Origin: Phycisphaeraceae bacterium
GTDB taxonomy: Bacteria > Planctomycetota > Phycisphaerae > Phycisphaerales > Phycisphaeraceae
Assembly: GCA_963674705.1 (NCBI GenBank)
Contig: OY771506.1
Location: forward strand, 256,001 to 320,000
DNA: 64,000 bases
Direction of reading: 5' to 3'
In this document: in pieces, positions 20,466 through 29,700 of the stretch
Numbering within the stretch: the first letter of the stretch is position 1
How the letters are laid out: each line of letters begins with the position of its first letter
Program-made: the position numbers and the translations under genes
The notes under the pieces: generated by a model
Told to the model about the DNA's origin: nothing
Seen by the model: the letters and a program-made list of their open reading frames with translations, nothing else
Database searches by the model: none

Positions 20466-21833
20466 TCAAGACTGATGTGCGCCCGCGTGGGCGTCGGGCT
20501 TGTCTGCTGTCTCGTCCGTGGCGGAAGACATCGGCTTGGCGGTATCGTCCTCGCCGTTGATCGCTTCGGGCAAGACCTTCTCTTCTCGCTTGGGCCCGTC
20601 GGCGGGGTGCAGGATCGCGTATTGCCGGCCGTACTTGTACGCCGTCACCACGATGAAGCCGTACAGCACGAAGAACACCGCCAGCACGTAACGCCAGCGA
20701 AGCTCCAGCGACACCATCGTATAACCGAGTGCCGAGAACATCGCTGCAAACAGGTAGATCACGCCGACGGACTTCTTCACGCTCAGGCCGCTGCGGCGTA
20801 GCAGGTGGTGGATGTGCTGGCTGTCCGGACTGAAGATCGGCTTACCCTGCATCTTGCGTCGGAAGATCGCCAGGGATGTATCCGTGATTGGCACGGCAAA
20901 CACGATCAGGCCCGCGGTCACCAGCAGCAGGCTGCGGCCTTCGGAGTCCGCAAAGAGCAGAATGGAAGACATGCACAGGTAGCCAAGCAACAGCGAACCG
21001 GTATCCCCCATGAAGATACTCGCCGGGTTGAAGTTGTAAGGCAGGAACCCCAGCACCGCGCCGATCATCGCAAGGCAGACCGCGATACGCACGGGGTCTT
21101 TCATCATGTTCGGATCGCGCATCGCCACGACCGCCGCGATACACAGGAAACCGATACCCGCGATCACCGCCACGCCCGACGCCAGGCCGTCCAGCCCGTC
21201 GATCAGGTTCATCGAGTTACACCCGCCGATGACCAGCGCTGCCACCAGGACCGTGCCGACGATGTAGCTGATCGTAGGCAGCGCATCCCACGCGCCGATG
21301 TGCAGCGCATCGAGACCGAGGATCGAGAAGACCAGTCCGATCAGTTGCGTGCCGACGCTGTAGTGCGCAAGTGCCGCGGCCGCGAAAAGCTGGCCGCCGA
21401 TCTTCACGCGCGGGCTGATGCCGTAAACATCATCGAAAAACCCCGTCAGCGTGATCGCGCCCGCGCCCAGCATGATCATGATTAAAGGATTGCCCCAGGT
21501 CAGTTTCAATCCGCGGTGATCCGGCACGAGGTAATACGCGAGCGCGATCGCGATCACCCAGCCCAGAAATATGGCCACACCTCCCAGGTAAGCGACCGGC
21601 TCGATGTGGTTCTTGCGCTTCAGGTCCGGCAGGTCCACGATCCCGTTACGCACCGCGAGCATACGCATCAAGGGTGTCGCCAGGATCGCGACAATAAACG
21701 CCGCGAAAAAGATGCCCATGTAAGGCGCGATCACCTGCGTCAGTGACGTCACCTCGACTGCTTCTGCATTATCCAGGATTGTTTCCGCAGCCCTACTCGT
21801 CGTCTGGGCCGCCTGCGCTATCAATGTCATCAT
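20466..21833 (-). CDS. WecA/MraY-like polyprenyl-phosphate sugar-1-phosphate transferase
   Basis: DDVYG, NSMNLIDGLDGLA, NFNPASIFMGDTGS, HIHH; multiple TM helices. Confidence 0.9.
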   Translation of the reverse strand: MMTLIAQAAQTTSRAAETILDNAEAVEVTSLTQVIAPYMGIFFAAFIVAILATPLMRMLAVRNGIVDLPDLKRKNHIEPVAYLGGVAIFLGWVIAIALAYYLVPDHRGLKLTWGNPLIMIMLGAGAITLTGFFDDVYGISPRVKIGGQLFAAAALAHYSVGTQLIGLVFSILGLDALHIGAWDALPTISYIVGTVLVAALVIGGCNSMNLIDGLDGLASGVAVIAGIGFLCIAAVVAMRDPNMMKDPVRIAVCLAMIGAVLGFLPYNFNPASIFMGDTGSLLLGYLCMSSILLFADSEGRSLLLVTAGLIVFAVPITDTSLAIFRRKMQGKPIFSPDSQHIHHLLRRSGLSVKKSVGVIYLFAAMFSALGYTMVSLELRWRYVLAVFFVLYGFIVVTAYKYGRQYAILHPADGPKREEKVLPEAINGEDDTAKPMSSATDETADKPDAHAGAHQS

Positions 21834-22879
21834 TTGCCACTCCCCCCCGCGATCGCAGACACAGCTTCAGTCTGCTTCCGACACAAGCCGATCAATTCCG
21901 TCAATGTCTGGTCCAGCGTGTACTGCGGCTTGAAACCGATCGCTTCGCGGATGCGTGACACATCGGGCAGCCGGTGCGCCGGGTCCTCGAAGTCCGGACC
22001 ATAAACCTTCTCATAAGGAACCAACTGCTTTTTCGCCTTACTGCCGGCCAGTTCGATCACACGGTCGGCAAGCTCGTTGATCGTCACGCACTTGTCCGAA
22101 CCGAGATTGAACACCCGGCCGAAACACGTGTCCTTGGCCATCAATTCCGTCATCGCCCGCGTGACATCGCGCGCATCGCAGAACGCGCGCGTCTGTGTCC
22201 CGTCGCCGTAAACTTGAATGGTTTGTCCTGCCACAGCCTTCTCCACGAAGCGTGGCACTACCATACCATAGTGTCCGACCTGTCTCGGGCCGATCGTGTT
22301 AAAAAGCCGTGTGATCACGACGCGCAGGCCGTGACGACGGTGCATGTCGATCGCCAGGTGTTCGTCGATCGCCTTGGTCAGGCCGTACGCCCAGCGTGAA
22401 GCCGTGGTCGGGCCGTAGACCAGTTCCATGTCTTCACGTAATGGCAGCACGGGGCACTTGCCGTAGACCTCGCTGGAGGATGCGATCAACACCGAAGCGT
22501 CGAACTTGCGTGCCGCGTCGAGTACGGCGGCGGTCTGCTCGACGTTGTTGTGCACCATCGCCGCGGGGTCTTCGATCACGCGCTGCACACCGACCGCGGC
22601 GGCCAGGTGATAGACTGAATCCACACCTTCCCACAAAGCATCGTCGGCGACCGCCTTGCAGGCATCCGCTTCGATGAACCGGCAACGCTCATCCAACAAA
22701 CATTCGATGTTGGATCGACGCCCGGTAGATAGATTATCGATAAGGATCAGCTCAAAGCCGGACGCCTTGAGCCGGGCCGCGAGGTGCGAGCCGATGAAGC
22801 CCGCACCACCGGTAATAATCACCTTACCCACCACGGGTTTTCCAGTCTGTAAAAAAGTCGGCCTCCTGGCCTCAAACAC
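21830..22879 (-). CDS. NAD-dependent nucleotide-sugar epimerase/dehydratase
   Basis: TGGAGFIG, ASSSEVYG, YGLTK (YxxxK), RLFNTIGPRQ. Confidence 0.92.
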   Translation of the reverse strand: MFEARRPTFLQTGKPVVGKVIITGGAGFIGSHLAARLKASGFELILIDNLSTGRRSNIECLLDERCRFIEADACKAVADDALWEGVDSVYHLAAAVGVQRVIEDPAAMVHNNVEQTAAVLDAARKFDASVLIASSSEVYGKCPVLPLREDMELVYGPTTASRWAYGLTKAIDEHLAIDMHRRHGLRVVITRLFNTIGPRQVGHYGMVVPRFVEKAVAGQTIQVYGDGTQTRAFCDARDVTRAMTELMAKDTCFGRVFNLGSDKCVTINELADRVIELAGSKAKKQLVPYEKVYGPDFEDPAHRLPDVSRIREAIGFKPQYTLDQTLTELIGLCRKQTEAVSAIAGGSGK

Positions 22880-22890
22880 ATTCGGAGGGT

Positions 22891-25143
22891 TTACTTGATC
22901 TCGGCGGCATCTTCGACATCAACCGAGGCACGCCGGCCGCGGCCGTTGCTCTGGCCGTTGCCGTTCTCTCGGTAACGGTAGAAGTTGCGGAAGTTGGAGC
23001 GGAAGTAGCCGCCCACGCTGGACTGCACGCCGTTGAGCACCAGGCCCAACAGGTCGGCACGCTGGCCGTCGAACTGACCCGCCATGCGGTCGACCATGCC
23101 GCGCTTGTCCGTGCCGGCTCGCACCACCACCGCGACCGCGTCCACGTTCCTGGTCAGCACCTGGCATTCACTGCTCAACAGTGCCGGCGGCGCATCGATC
23201 AAGATAATATCGAACCGCGATTCCAACTCGCCGATCAGCGATCGGAAACGCGCACCTTCCAGCAATTCAGGCTGTGCATCGCCGGCGCGACCGGTCGGCA
23301 ACACCGCCAGGTCCGGGTCCTGAACCGTGATAAGCATGTCGTCCAGCGACGCGCCGTACAGCAGGATATCCACCAGGCCGCGGTCATTGCTGGCATCGAC
23401 AAACTGATGCTGCGCCGGACGGCGGAAGTTGACGTCCACGATCGCGACCTTCCGGCCGTTGAACGCCAGGCTCGTTGCCAGGTTGTGTGTCAACGAGCTG
23501 GTGCCCGAGTTAGGCTGCGCCGAAGCAACCAGCAGCGTCTTGTATCCACGACGATCCATCTTCCCGAGGATGGAAGTACGCACCTGGCGGTACGCCTCGG
23601 CGAGCAGACCCGACGGGTACTTCTCGACCACTCGTTCCACCGAGCTGGGACCGGATGGGTCCTCGTCCGCATGCGGAATGATACCCAGCAGTTCCGCTTC
23701 CTTGAGCAGCTTCACGTCTGCCGGGCTCTTGATGCTCTGATCCAGCAGTTCGAGCAGCAACACCAGAGCAGCGGTCCCGCCTACCAGGACAACCAGCACC
23801 ATGGGCACAATAATGATGAATTCAGGGAAGACCAGTTCGGGCAGCGACGGATTGGCCTGCAACTGCACGGGACGCGCTTCGGGGATCTTCTTGATCATAC
23901 GGACTTCGGAAAGGTCCGCCTCGATACGCTGCTTGTCTTCCTTGGCATCCTCGAGACGGGCCTGAAGGTTCTTGAAACCCGTCTGGTGGATGTTCAGATC
24001 GATCAGGCGATCACGCAATTCCAGGATCTGGTCGTTGTACTCGGCGATCTTCTCGGTCATCGTGTCGGTCGCCTGCTTGTATGAGCTGAGCATAGCCTGT
24101 TCGTTCTCACGGATCACCCGCTCCAGCTCACGTTCACGTTCCGCTTCGGTGGCCGCGATCTGCCGGTCGATCTGCTTGATGATCCGGTGTTCCGGGCCGT
24201 ATTCGTAAAGAGAAACCTCACGCTGCTCACGCAACGAACGCAGCCGTTCATCACGCAGCTTGATCGCATCGTTCTGAGAAGCCTGTGCGATGGCGGTGGC
24301 GTCCGGCGGTGCGCCGCTGCTCTGCTTCTCCAGCGTAGAATCATAGAACGATTGCGCATCCTTCAGTGAGTCTTCCAATTCGTTGCGCTTCTCGATGCTG
24401 TACTGCATGTTCTGCGCAGCTTCTTCCAACCGATTGTCGAGGTTGGTCAGGTCGTGTTCACGCGTGTATTCTTCGATCTGATTCGTCAGGCTTAAAATGG
24501 TCTGGTCGTAGCTGTTCAGTTCCGTAACCAGCGTGTTCAACTGGTTGTTGACCTTGTTCTCCGTGTCCAGCATGATCCGCCGCAGGTACTCATCAACGAT
24601 GGCCTTGGCGATCTTCTGGCAGTCTTTTTCATAGGACGTGACCACCGTCACGTTGATCAGTTGGGTGTTGCGGATCATGCTGACCGCCAGGTGGTCGTCC
24701 AGCAGGTCCTCGCGAGCCTTGTTGACGTCATACGTGCCGGGGTTGTCCTTGTTTTCATATTGAGCGAACCACCGGGTGTTGCGCACATCCGGTTTTGCCA
24801 GCGCCGTTGTCAGGATTTCTTCCGACTGGATCTTGTAGACTTCACTTTGAATATAGGGTTCCAGCGTGGCGAGGTTCAGCGTGCCGATGTCCGAGGTCAT
24901 CTCGGCGGGGTTTACCACCCCTTGGCCGACGCGCAGCTGCGCGCTGGAGGCGTATTTGGGCGCGGTCTTCAAGAGCAGGAACCACAGCCCCACCCCCAGC
25001 ACGACGGCGACGATACCAACAATGGTAAGCAGCCTCAGGTTCCGACGCAGCAGAGCCAGCAGGTCGATCGGCTTGAAGCGACTCGATCCCGGGCTCGGTG
25101 CGCCGGGAAAAGCAGGCATTGGGATGGGGGGATTGGTACTCAT
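22891..25143 (-). CDS. Wzc/GumC-like polysaccharide co-polymerase with BY-kinase-like domain
   Basis: Two TM helices around a coiled coil; AEAYRQVRT, DVNFRRP, ILIDAPP, GLVLN, Tyr-containing tail. Confidence 0.88.
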   Translation of the reverse strand: MSTNPPIPMPAFPGAPSPGSSRFKPIDLLALLRRNLRLLTIVGIVAVVLGVGLWFLLLKTAPKYASSAQLRVGQGVVNPAEMTSDIGTLNLATLEPYIQSEVYKIQSEEILTTALAKPDVRNTRWFAQYENKDNPGTYDVNKAREDLLDDHLAVSMIRNTQLINVTVVTSYEKDCQKIAKAIVDEYLRRIMLDTENKVNNQLNTLVTELNSYDQTILSLTNQIEEYTREHDLTNLDNRLEEAAQNMQYSIEKRNELEDSLKDAQSFYDSTLEKQSSGAPPDATAIAQASQNDAIKLRDERLRSLREQREVSLYEYGPEHRIIKQIDRQIAATEAERERELERVIRENEQAMLSSYKQATDTMTEKIAEYNDQILELRDRLIDLNIHQTGFKNLQARLEDAKEDKQRIEADLSEVRMIKKIPEARPVQLQANPSLPELVFPEFIIIVPMVLVVLVGGTAALVLLLELLDQSIKSPADVKLLKEAELLGIIPHADEDPSGPSSVERVVEKYPSGLLAEAYRQVRTSILGKMDRRGYKTLLVASAQPNSGTSSLTHNLATSLAFNGRKVAIVDVNFRRPAQHQFVDASNDRGLVDILLYGASLDDMLITVQDPDLAVLPTGRAGDAQPELLEGARFRSLIGELESRFDIILIDAPPALLSSECQVLTRNVDAVAVVVRAGTDKRGMVDRMAGQFDGQRADLLGLVLNGVQSSVGGYFRSNFRNFYRYRENGNGQSNGRGRRASVDVEDAAEIK

Positions 25144-25146
25144 GGC

Positions 25147-28100
25147 TTACGACGCCTCCGTCAAATCTTCGACACGCTTGAGCTGCTCCTGAGCTTCTTT
25201 AAGCATGTCCGGTTCATTAGTCTGCTCGGCGAGATCTACCGCCGTTCGTAGGTGCCGAATACCTTCGGCCCGGTAACCTTGTTCGATCAGCAACTCACCG
25301 AGATGCAGGTGATTAGCCGGCAAACTCTCCTCGGCGATGCTGGCTTCCAGTGTGCGACGCGCCTCTTCAAGCTGCCCGGACTTGAACTGGATCCATCCCA
25401 ACGTGTCCAATACCTGGGCGCTCTTCGGCTGCAACTCAGCCGCACGCTCGGCCAACGGCAAGGCCTCTTCAACCTTACCCATATCATCGGCCAGCAGATA
25501 CGCCATGTTGTTTAGCACCGTCGCGTTATCCGGCATCTGTTCCGCCAGACGCCGATAATGCGCCATCGCTTCTTCACTCTTACCCATCTTGTGCAGCACC
25601 GGCGCCATGATCTGCTCGTAAGACATGCGCTCCGCGGTGTCTTCGGCCGATAACGTCGGCTCCAACGCCAGCAGACGGTTGTACGCCTGGTCAATCAAAC
25701 CATCGTTGAATTCCATGTTCGCCAGCGACAAACCGATCCAAAGCTCGGATGGCGGATTCGCCAGGCCCTGCAGCAACGACGCCGTTTCCTCCAGCGTGTA
25801 ATCTTCTCGCACCTGCATCGCAACGCCCATCAACTGGCCCAGCGACTGGCAACGTTCGATCGCCCGGGCAAACACCTGCCCCGCCTCCGCTTGCTTGTCC
25901 ATGGCATACAGCGCCCGGCCCATCACCGCCTGCAACAGCGGCTGCGCATTCACCATGTCCGCGTTCTCTCGCAGCATCGCTTGTGCGTCCGCCGCCCGAC
26001 CGTTTTCGATCTGCATCGTTGTGATTTTCAACAGGCTGCCCGGCTTCGGGTCAAGCTCAAACACGCGCTTGTATGAATCGATCGCCGTCTGGTAATCATC
26101 TTCACGCAACGCCAGGTCACCCATCGCCGCATACCAGATGGGCTGGTCTTCCGCCTCTTCGATGCCCTGACGTGCCAGTGTCTTGGCGCGGGTCAGGTTA
26201 CCCATCTGGGCGTACATACGGATCAACGTCAGACGTGCGTCCGTGTTTTCGGGATACCGGGTAACCAGGTTGGTTAACTCACGGATCGCCTCGTTACGCT
26301 CACCGCGACGCAGGTACATGCCCACGAGTAGCCGCCGCGACAGCAGGTGGTTCGGGTCGTAGCTGAGCGCGGTGTTCAGATCACGCATCACCTCGTCGGT
26401 CAGGTCCGGGTCGTGCGAGTTCAGCGCGGCTCGTTCGTAATGGAACACCGCAGACCCCGGCTCGTTCTCGATCGCACGATTGATCAGGCGGATCGCGTCG
26501 TCGTGATCGCCCTTCTGCTCCGCGATGAGCGCCGCCAGGGCGTCCTCGGTCGCGCCGCCTTCCAACCCGTCAAGGACCTTGGCCGCTTCATCAAACTGCT
26601 CGGTGCGGATCAACGAATCCGCCAGACGCAGACCCAGCCGGATGTCATCCGGGAACTGTTCGTACAGGTCGCGATAAAGCGGCGCCGCTCGGTCATAAAT
26701 GTTGCGCTGGAAGAACAACGCCGCCAACTCACGTGACGCCGACCGCTGCTCATCCTCAACCGCAATCGCCTGCTTATACGCATTGAACGCACCGCTGCCG
26801 TCCTTGATCTGAATCAGGAAACGCGCCAACAGCAGGTAGTCGTTCATGCCGGCATCACTGCCCCGCGATTCAATGTAGGTACGGATCGTCTGGGCGCCCT
26901 GTTGCGGGTTACCCGCGTAACGCTGAATGGTTGCCAGCGCAATGGTATTCAGCGGCGTCTGACCTTCCGATGTGATCAAATCACGGATGATCTGCTCGCC
27001 TTCCGAGCTCTTACCCGTTTCCGCCAACAGCATCGCAAGCGATCGCATGTTGTTCGTGTCCGCCGGATTGATCTGCTGCAGTTCCCGACGCAGACGCAAG
27101 GCCTTCTGCTTGTCGCCGTAACGGCCCTCGTACCCCAGATAAAGCTCACGCAACTGGCTGTTGCTCGGGTACTGTGCCTGGGCCCGACGCAGCATCTCCA
27201 ACGCCTCGTCGTTACGCCCCTGCCGGTCACGGATCGACGCCAACCCACGGATCGCACCCAGGTTGTCCGGCTTCTGCTTCAAGGCCGTCTCATACGCCGT
27301 CACCGCGTCGCGGTCGTTCTTATCCGCAACATGAATATCGCCAAGCATCCGCCAGCCTTCGGAATTGATCGGGACTATGTCCAGACCAATCTTCAAATAC
27401 TCGATCGCACCCGAAAAGTCGCCACGGGCACGACTGACCTGCGCCTGGTAGAACGAGCCGTTCGCCTCGTCCAGGTTGCGCTGCACCGCGATGTCCGCAA
27501 GCTCCTGCGCCAAGGTCAGGTCGTTGTCCTGAAGCGCGTAGTTGAACTTCATATCAATCACGGCCTTGTCTTCCGGATTGATCTTCTCCGCCTCGGCAAG
27601 CGCCGCGCGGGCTTTGTCATGTTCACCGGCCTGGCGATACAACTGCGCCTTGCTGATCGCCTTCTTGAACGGGCCGTCCAACTTGTCGATGATACTCGCG
27701 ATCGTGTCGTCCAGGTTGGCGCCGGGCGTCGTCGGATCGATCTGTGCCGACATCAAGCTAAGCATGTCTTCATCGGCGCCGGCCTGACGAGCCTGCTCGA
27801 TCAGGGCCATCTGCTTATCGACACCATCAACCGCGTTCAACAATAGACCCAGCAGGTTCAGGTTCGTCGGGTCCGCATCGAAGTAATACTGGAGCATCTT
27901 CGCGGCCTGATCCTTGCGGTTACCCTTGATCAGGATCTGCGCAAGGCCCACCGCCAGGTCCGGCCGGTTCGGCAAATCAAGGTCGCGGTAAATAGCGACC
28001 GCACCGTCCACGTCACCTCGCGCCGCCAGGATCGCGGCCTGTGTCACCAGCGCGCGCTCGTTGTTCGGATCATCCAACAGGATCACGTCGATCTGATCCT

Positions 28101-29694
28101 GCGCCTTGTCCAGCATCTGCTGACGCAGGTAGATACCCGCCAGCGCCAGACGGATCACCGGGAAGTTCGGGTTCGCTTCAAGGATCTGCTCGTAACGTTC
28201 CGCCGCCGCGCCCCACTCGCCCTGCTGGGCTCGCGCTCGCGCCGACAGCAACATCACTTCCGCCTTCTCGCGGCTGAACGCATCGAACTTCTCCGCCGCC
28301 TGATCGATCAACAACAAACCCTCGCGGGTGCGCCTCTGATCCAGCGCAAGCCGGCCCTTCAACAGCAGCACGCGTGCATTTTCGCCGTACCCCGTCGCCG
28401 ACATCTGATCCAGCACCGTCTGCGCTTCTGCCTGCATCCGGTCACGCTCTTGCTCGCTCTCCGCCTTCTCCGCAAGACTGATCATCAGGTCCGCGTATTC
28501 AACCAGGGCCATGTTCTTCAACGAATAGTTACGCAATACCTCAAGGTAATTGCCCTGCGTGCTCAGGTCCTTCACCTTCGCGATCTGATCCTTGGCCTTT
28601 TCATATTCCGTCGCCAGGCGGTATTCCGTCCCCAACAGAAGCGGGTAGCGCGGATCATTAGGATTGGCTTGCTCCGCTCGCTCAAGCAGCGCGATCGACC
28701 GCTGGATACCCTCGTTGTTCGCTATCTTCTGCTGATCCGTCTCTTCTTCAGCCGCTTCTTCCAGCGTGTCTTTTGCATAAATCAGCTTCAGGTACTGCTG
28801 TGCCAGACTCACCGTGTTAAACGGCTCGGGCTTCTCCAGTAGCTTCTTCTCCAACCGGTCCAGGATGGGCTTGACCTCGGCGTACGGGTCTTCCGCACTC
28901 CTGTCCAGCCTCAGCGTCTGCAGCACCAACTGCATGTATTCAAGATCGAGCGTGGGATCATCGGGATTCGCATCAAGCAGCTTCTTCGACATCGCCAACG
29001 CTTCATCACGCAACTGCTGCGCCTTCTGCGGATCGCCGCCGGGTTGATCCAGACGCTTGGCCTGGAACACGTTCCACTTCGCCAGGGTGTTGATCACCTC
29101 GGGGTCGTCCGGGTAATCCGCCATCGCCAACACCAGGTCGTCACGCACGAGGTTGATGTCCTCTTCGGTCAGCTCCGCGTTCAGCAGCGGCATGCCGTAG
29201 ACACCGCGCATACGACGCGCCAGCTTGTCGTTGGGATTCGCTTCCAGCCGCTCGACCGCCGCCGCATGCAGGTAACGCAGGTAAGGATGCAACCCGCCGC
29301 GCGTCTGAAGCTTCTCGATCATGTGCTTGATCAGGTCTTCGTAATCCTGAAGGTACTTTTCGGAGTTCGGGTCCATACGCGCCAGACCGACCGTATTGGC
29401 ACGAACCAGGTTTAGCGTATTGTCCGCCTCGACCTGGTCGGTCGCCGGGATCTTCTTGGCCAGTTCGATGTACTTCTGGATGATCGCCGGGTCCGTCTTG
29501 CTGCGGTTCACCGCCCGCTGCATCGTCTCCAACGCCAAGTCGTACTCACCCTCTTCAAACTGCTGCTCGCTGGCAACCACCAGGTCGTCCACGTCTTTGG
29601 ACATGACCATCGCAACCACCGCAATACCGCCGACCAACGCGATGACGACCGCACTGAGGATGATGACAAACCTTGTATTCACTTGAGCTGCCAT
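25147..29694 (-). CDS. Giant membrane-anchored TPR protein (PrsT-like position in exosortase locus)
   Basis: N-terminal TM helix, TPR repeats throughout, C-terminal LNNMAYLL..LDTLGWI. Confidence 0.85.
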   Translation of the reverse strand: MAAQVNTRFVIILSAVVIALVGGIAVVAMVMSKDVDDLVVASEQQFEEGEYDLALETMQRAVNRSKTDPAIIQKYIELAKKIPATDQVEADNTLNLVRANTVGLARMDPNSEKYLQDYEDLIKHMIEKLQTRGGLHPYLRYLHAAAVERLEANPNDKLARRMRGVYGMPLLNAELTEEDINLVRDDLVLAMADYPDDPEVINTLAKWNVFQAKRLDQPGGDPQKAQQLRDEALAMSKKLLDANPDDPTLDLEYMQLVLQTLRLDRSAEDPYAEVKPILDRLEKKLLEKPEPFNTVSLAQQYLKLIYAKDTLEEAAEEETDQQKIANNEGIQRSIALLERAEQANPNDPRYPLLLGTEYRLATEYEKAKDQIAKVKDLSTQGNYLEVLRNYSLKNMALVEYADLMISLAEKAESEQERDRMQAEAQTVLDQMSATGYGENARVLLLKGRLALDQRRTREGLLLIDQAAEKFDAFSREKAEVMLLSARARAQQGEWGAAAERYEQILEANPNFPVIRLALAGIYLRQQMLDKAQDQIDVILLDDPNNERALVTQAAILAARGDVDGAVAIYRDLDLPNRPDLAVGLAQILIKGNRKDQAAKMLQYYFDADPTNLNLLGLLLNAVDGVDKQMALIEQARQAGADEDMLSLMSAQIDPTTPGANLDDTIASIIDKLDGPFKKAISKAQLYRQAGEHDKARAALAEAEKINPEDKAVIDMKFNYALQDNDLTLAQELADIAVQRNLDEANGSFYQAQVSRARGDFSGAIEYLKIGLDIVPINSEGWRMLGDIHVADKNDRDAVTAYETALKQKPDNLGAIRGLASIRDRQGRNDEALEMLRRAQAQYPSNSQLRELYLGYEGRYGDKQKALRLRRELQQINPADTNNMRSLAMLLAETGKSSEGEQIIRDLITSEGQTPLNTIALATIQRYAGNPQQGAQTIRTYIESRGSDAGMNDYLLLARFLIQIKDGSGAFNAYKQAIAVEDEQRSASRELAALFFQRNIYDRAAPLYRDLYEQFPDDIRLGLRLADSLIRTEQFDEAAKVLDGLEGGATEDALAALIAEQKGDHDDAIRLINRAIENEPGSAVFHYERAALNSHDPDLTDEVMRDLNTALSYDPNHLLSRRLLVGMYLRRGERNEAIRELTNLVTRYPENTDARLTLIRMYAQMGNLTRAKTLARQGIEEAEDQPIWYAAMGDLALREDDYQTAIDSYKRVFELDPKPGSLLKITTMQIENGRAADAQAMLRENADMVNAQPLLQAVMGRALYAMDKQAEAGQVFARAIERCQSLGQLMGVAMQVREDYTLEETASLLQGLANPPSELWIGLSLANMEFNDGLIDQAYNRLLALEPTLSAEDTAERMSYEQIMAPVLHKMGKSEEAMAHYRRLAEQMPDNATVLNNMAYLLADDMGKVEEALPLAERAAELQPKSAQVLDTLGWIQFKSGQLEEARRTLEASIAEESLPANHLHLGELLIEQGYRAEGIRHLRTAVDLAEQTNEPDMLKEAQEQLKRVEDLTEAS

Positions 29695-29700
29695 GAGCGC

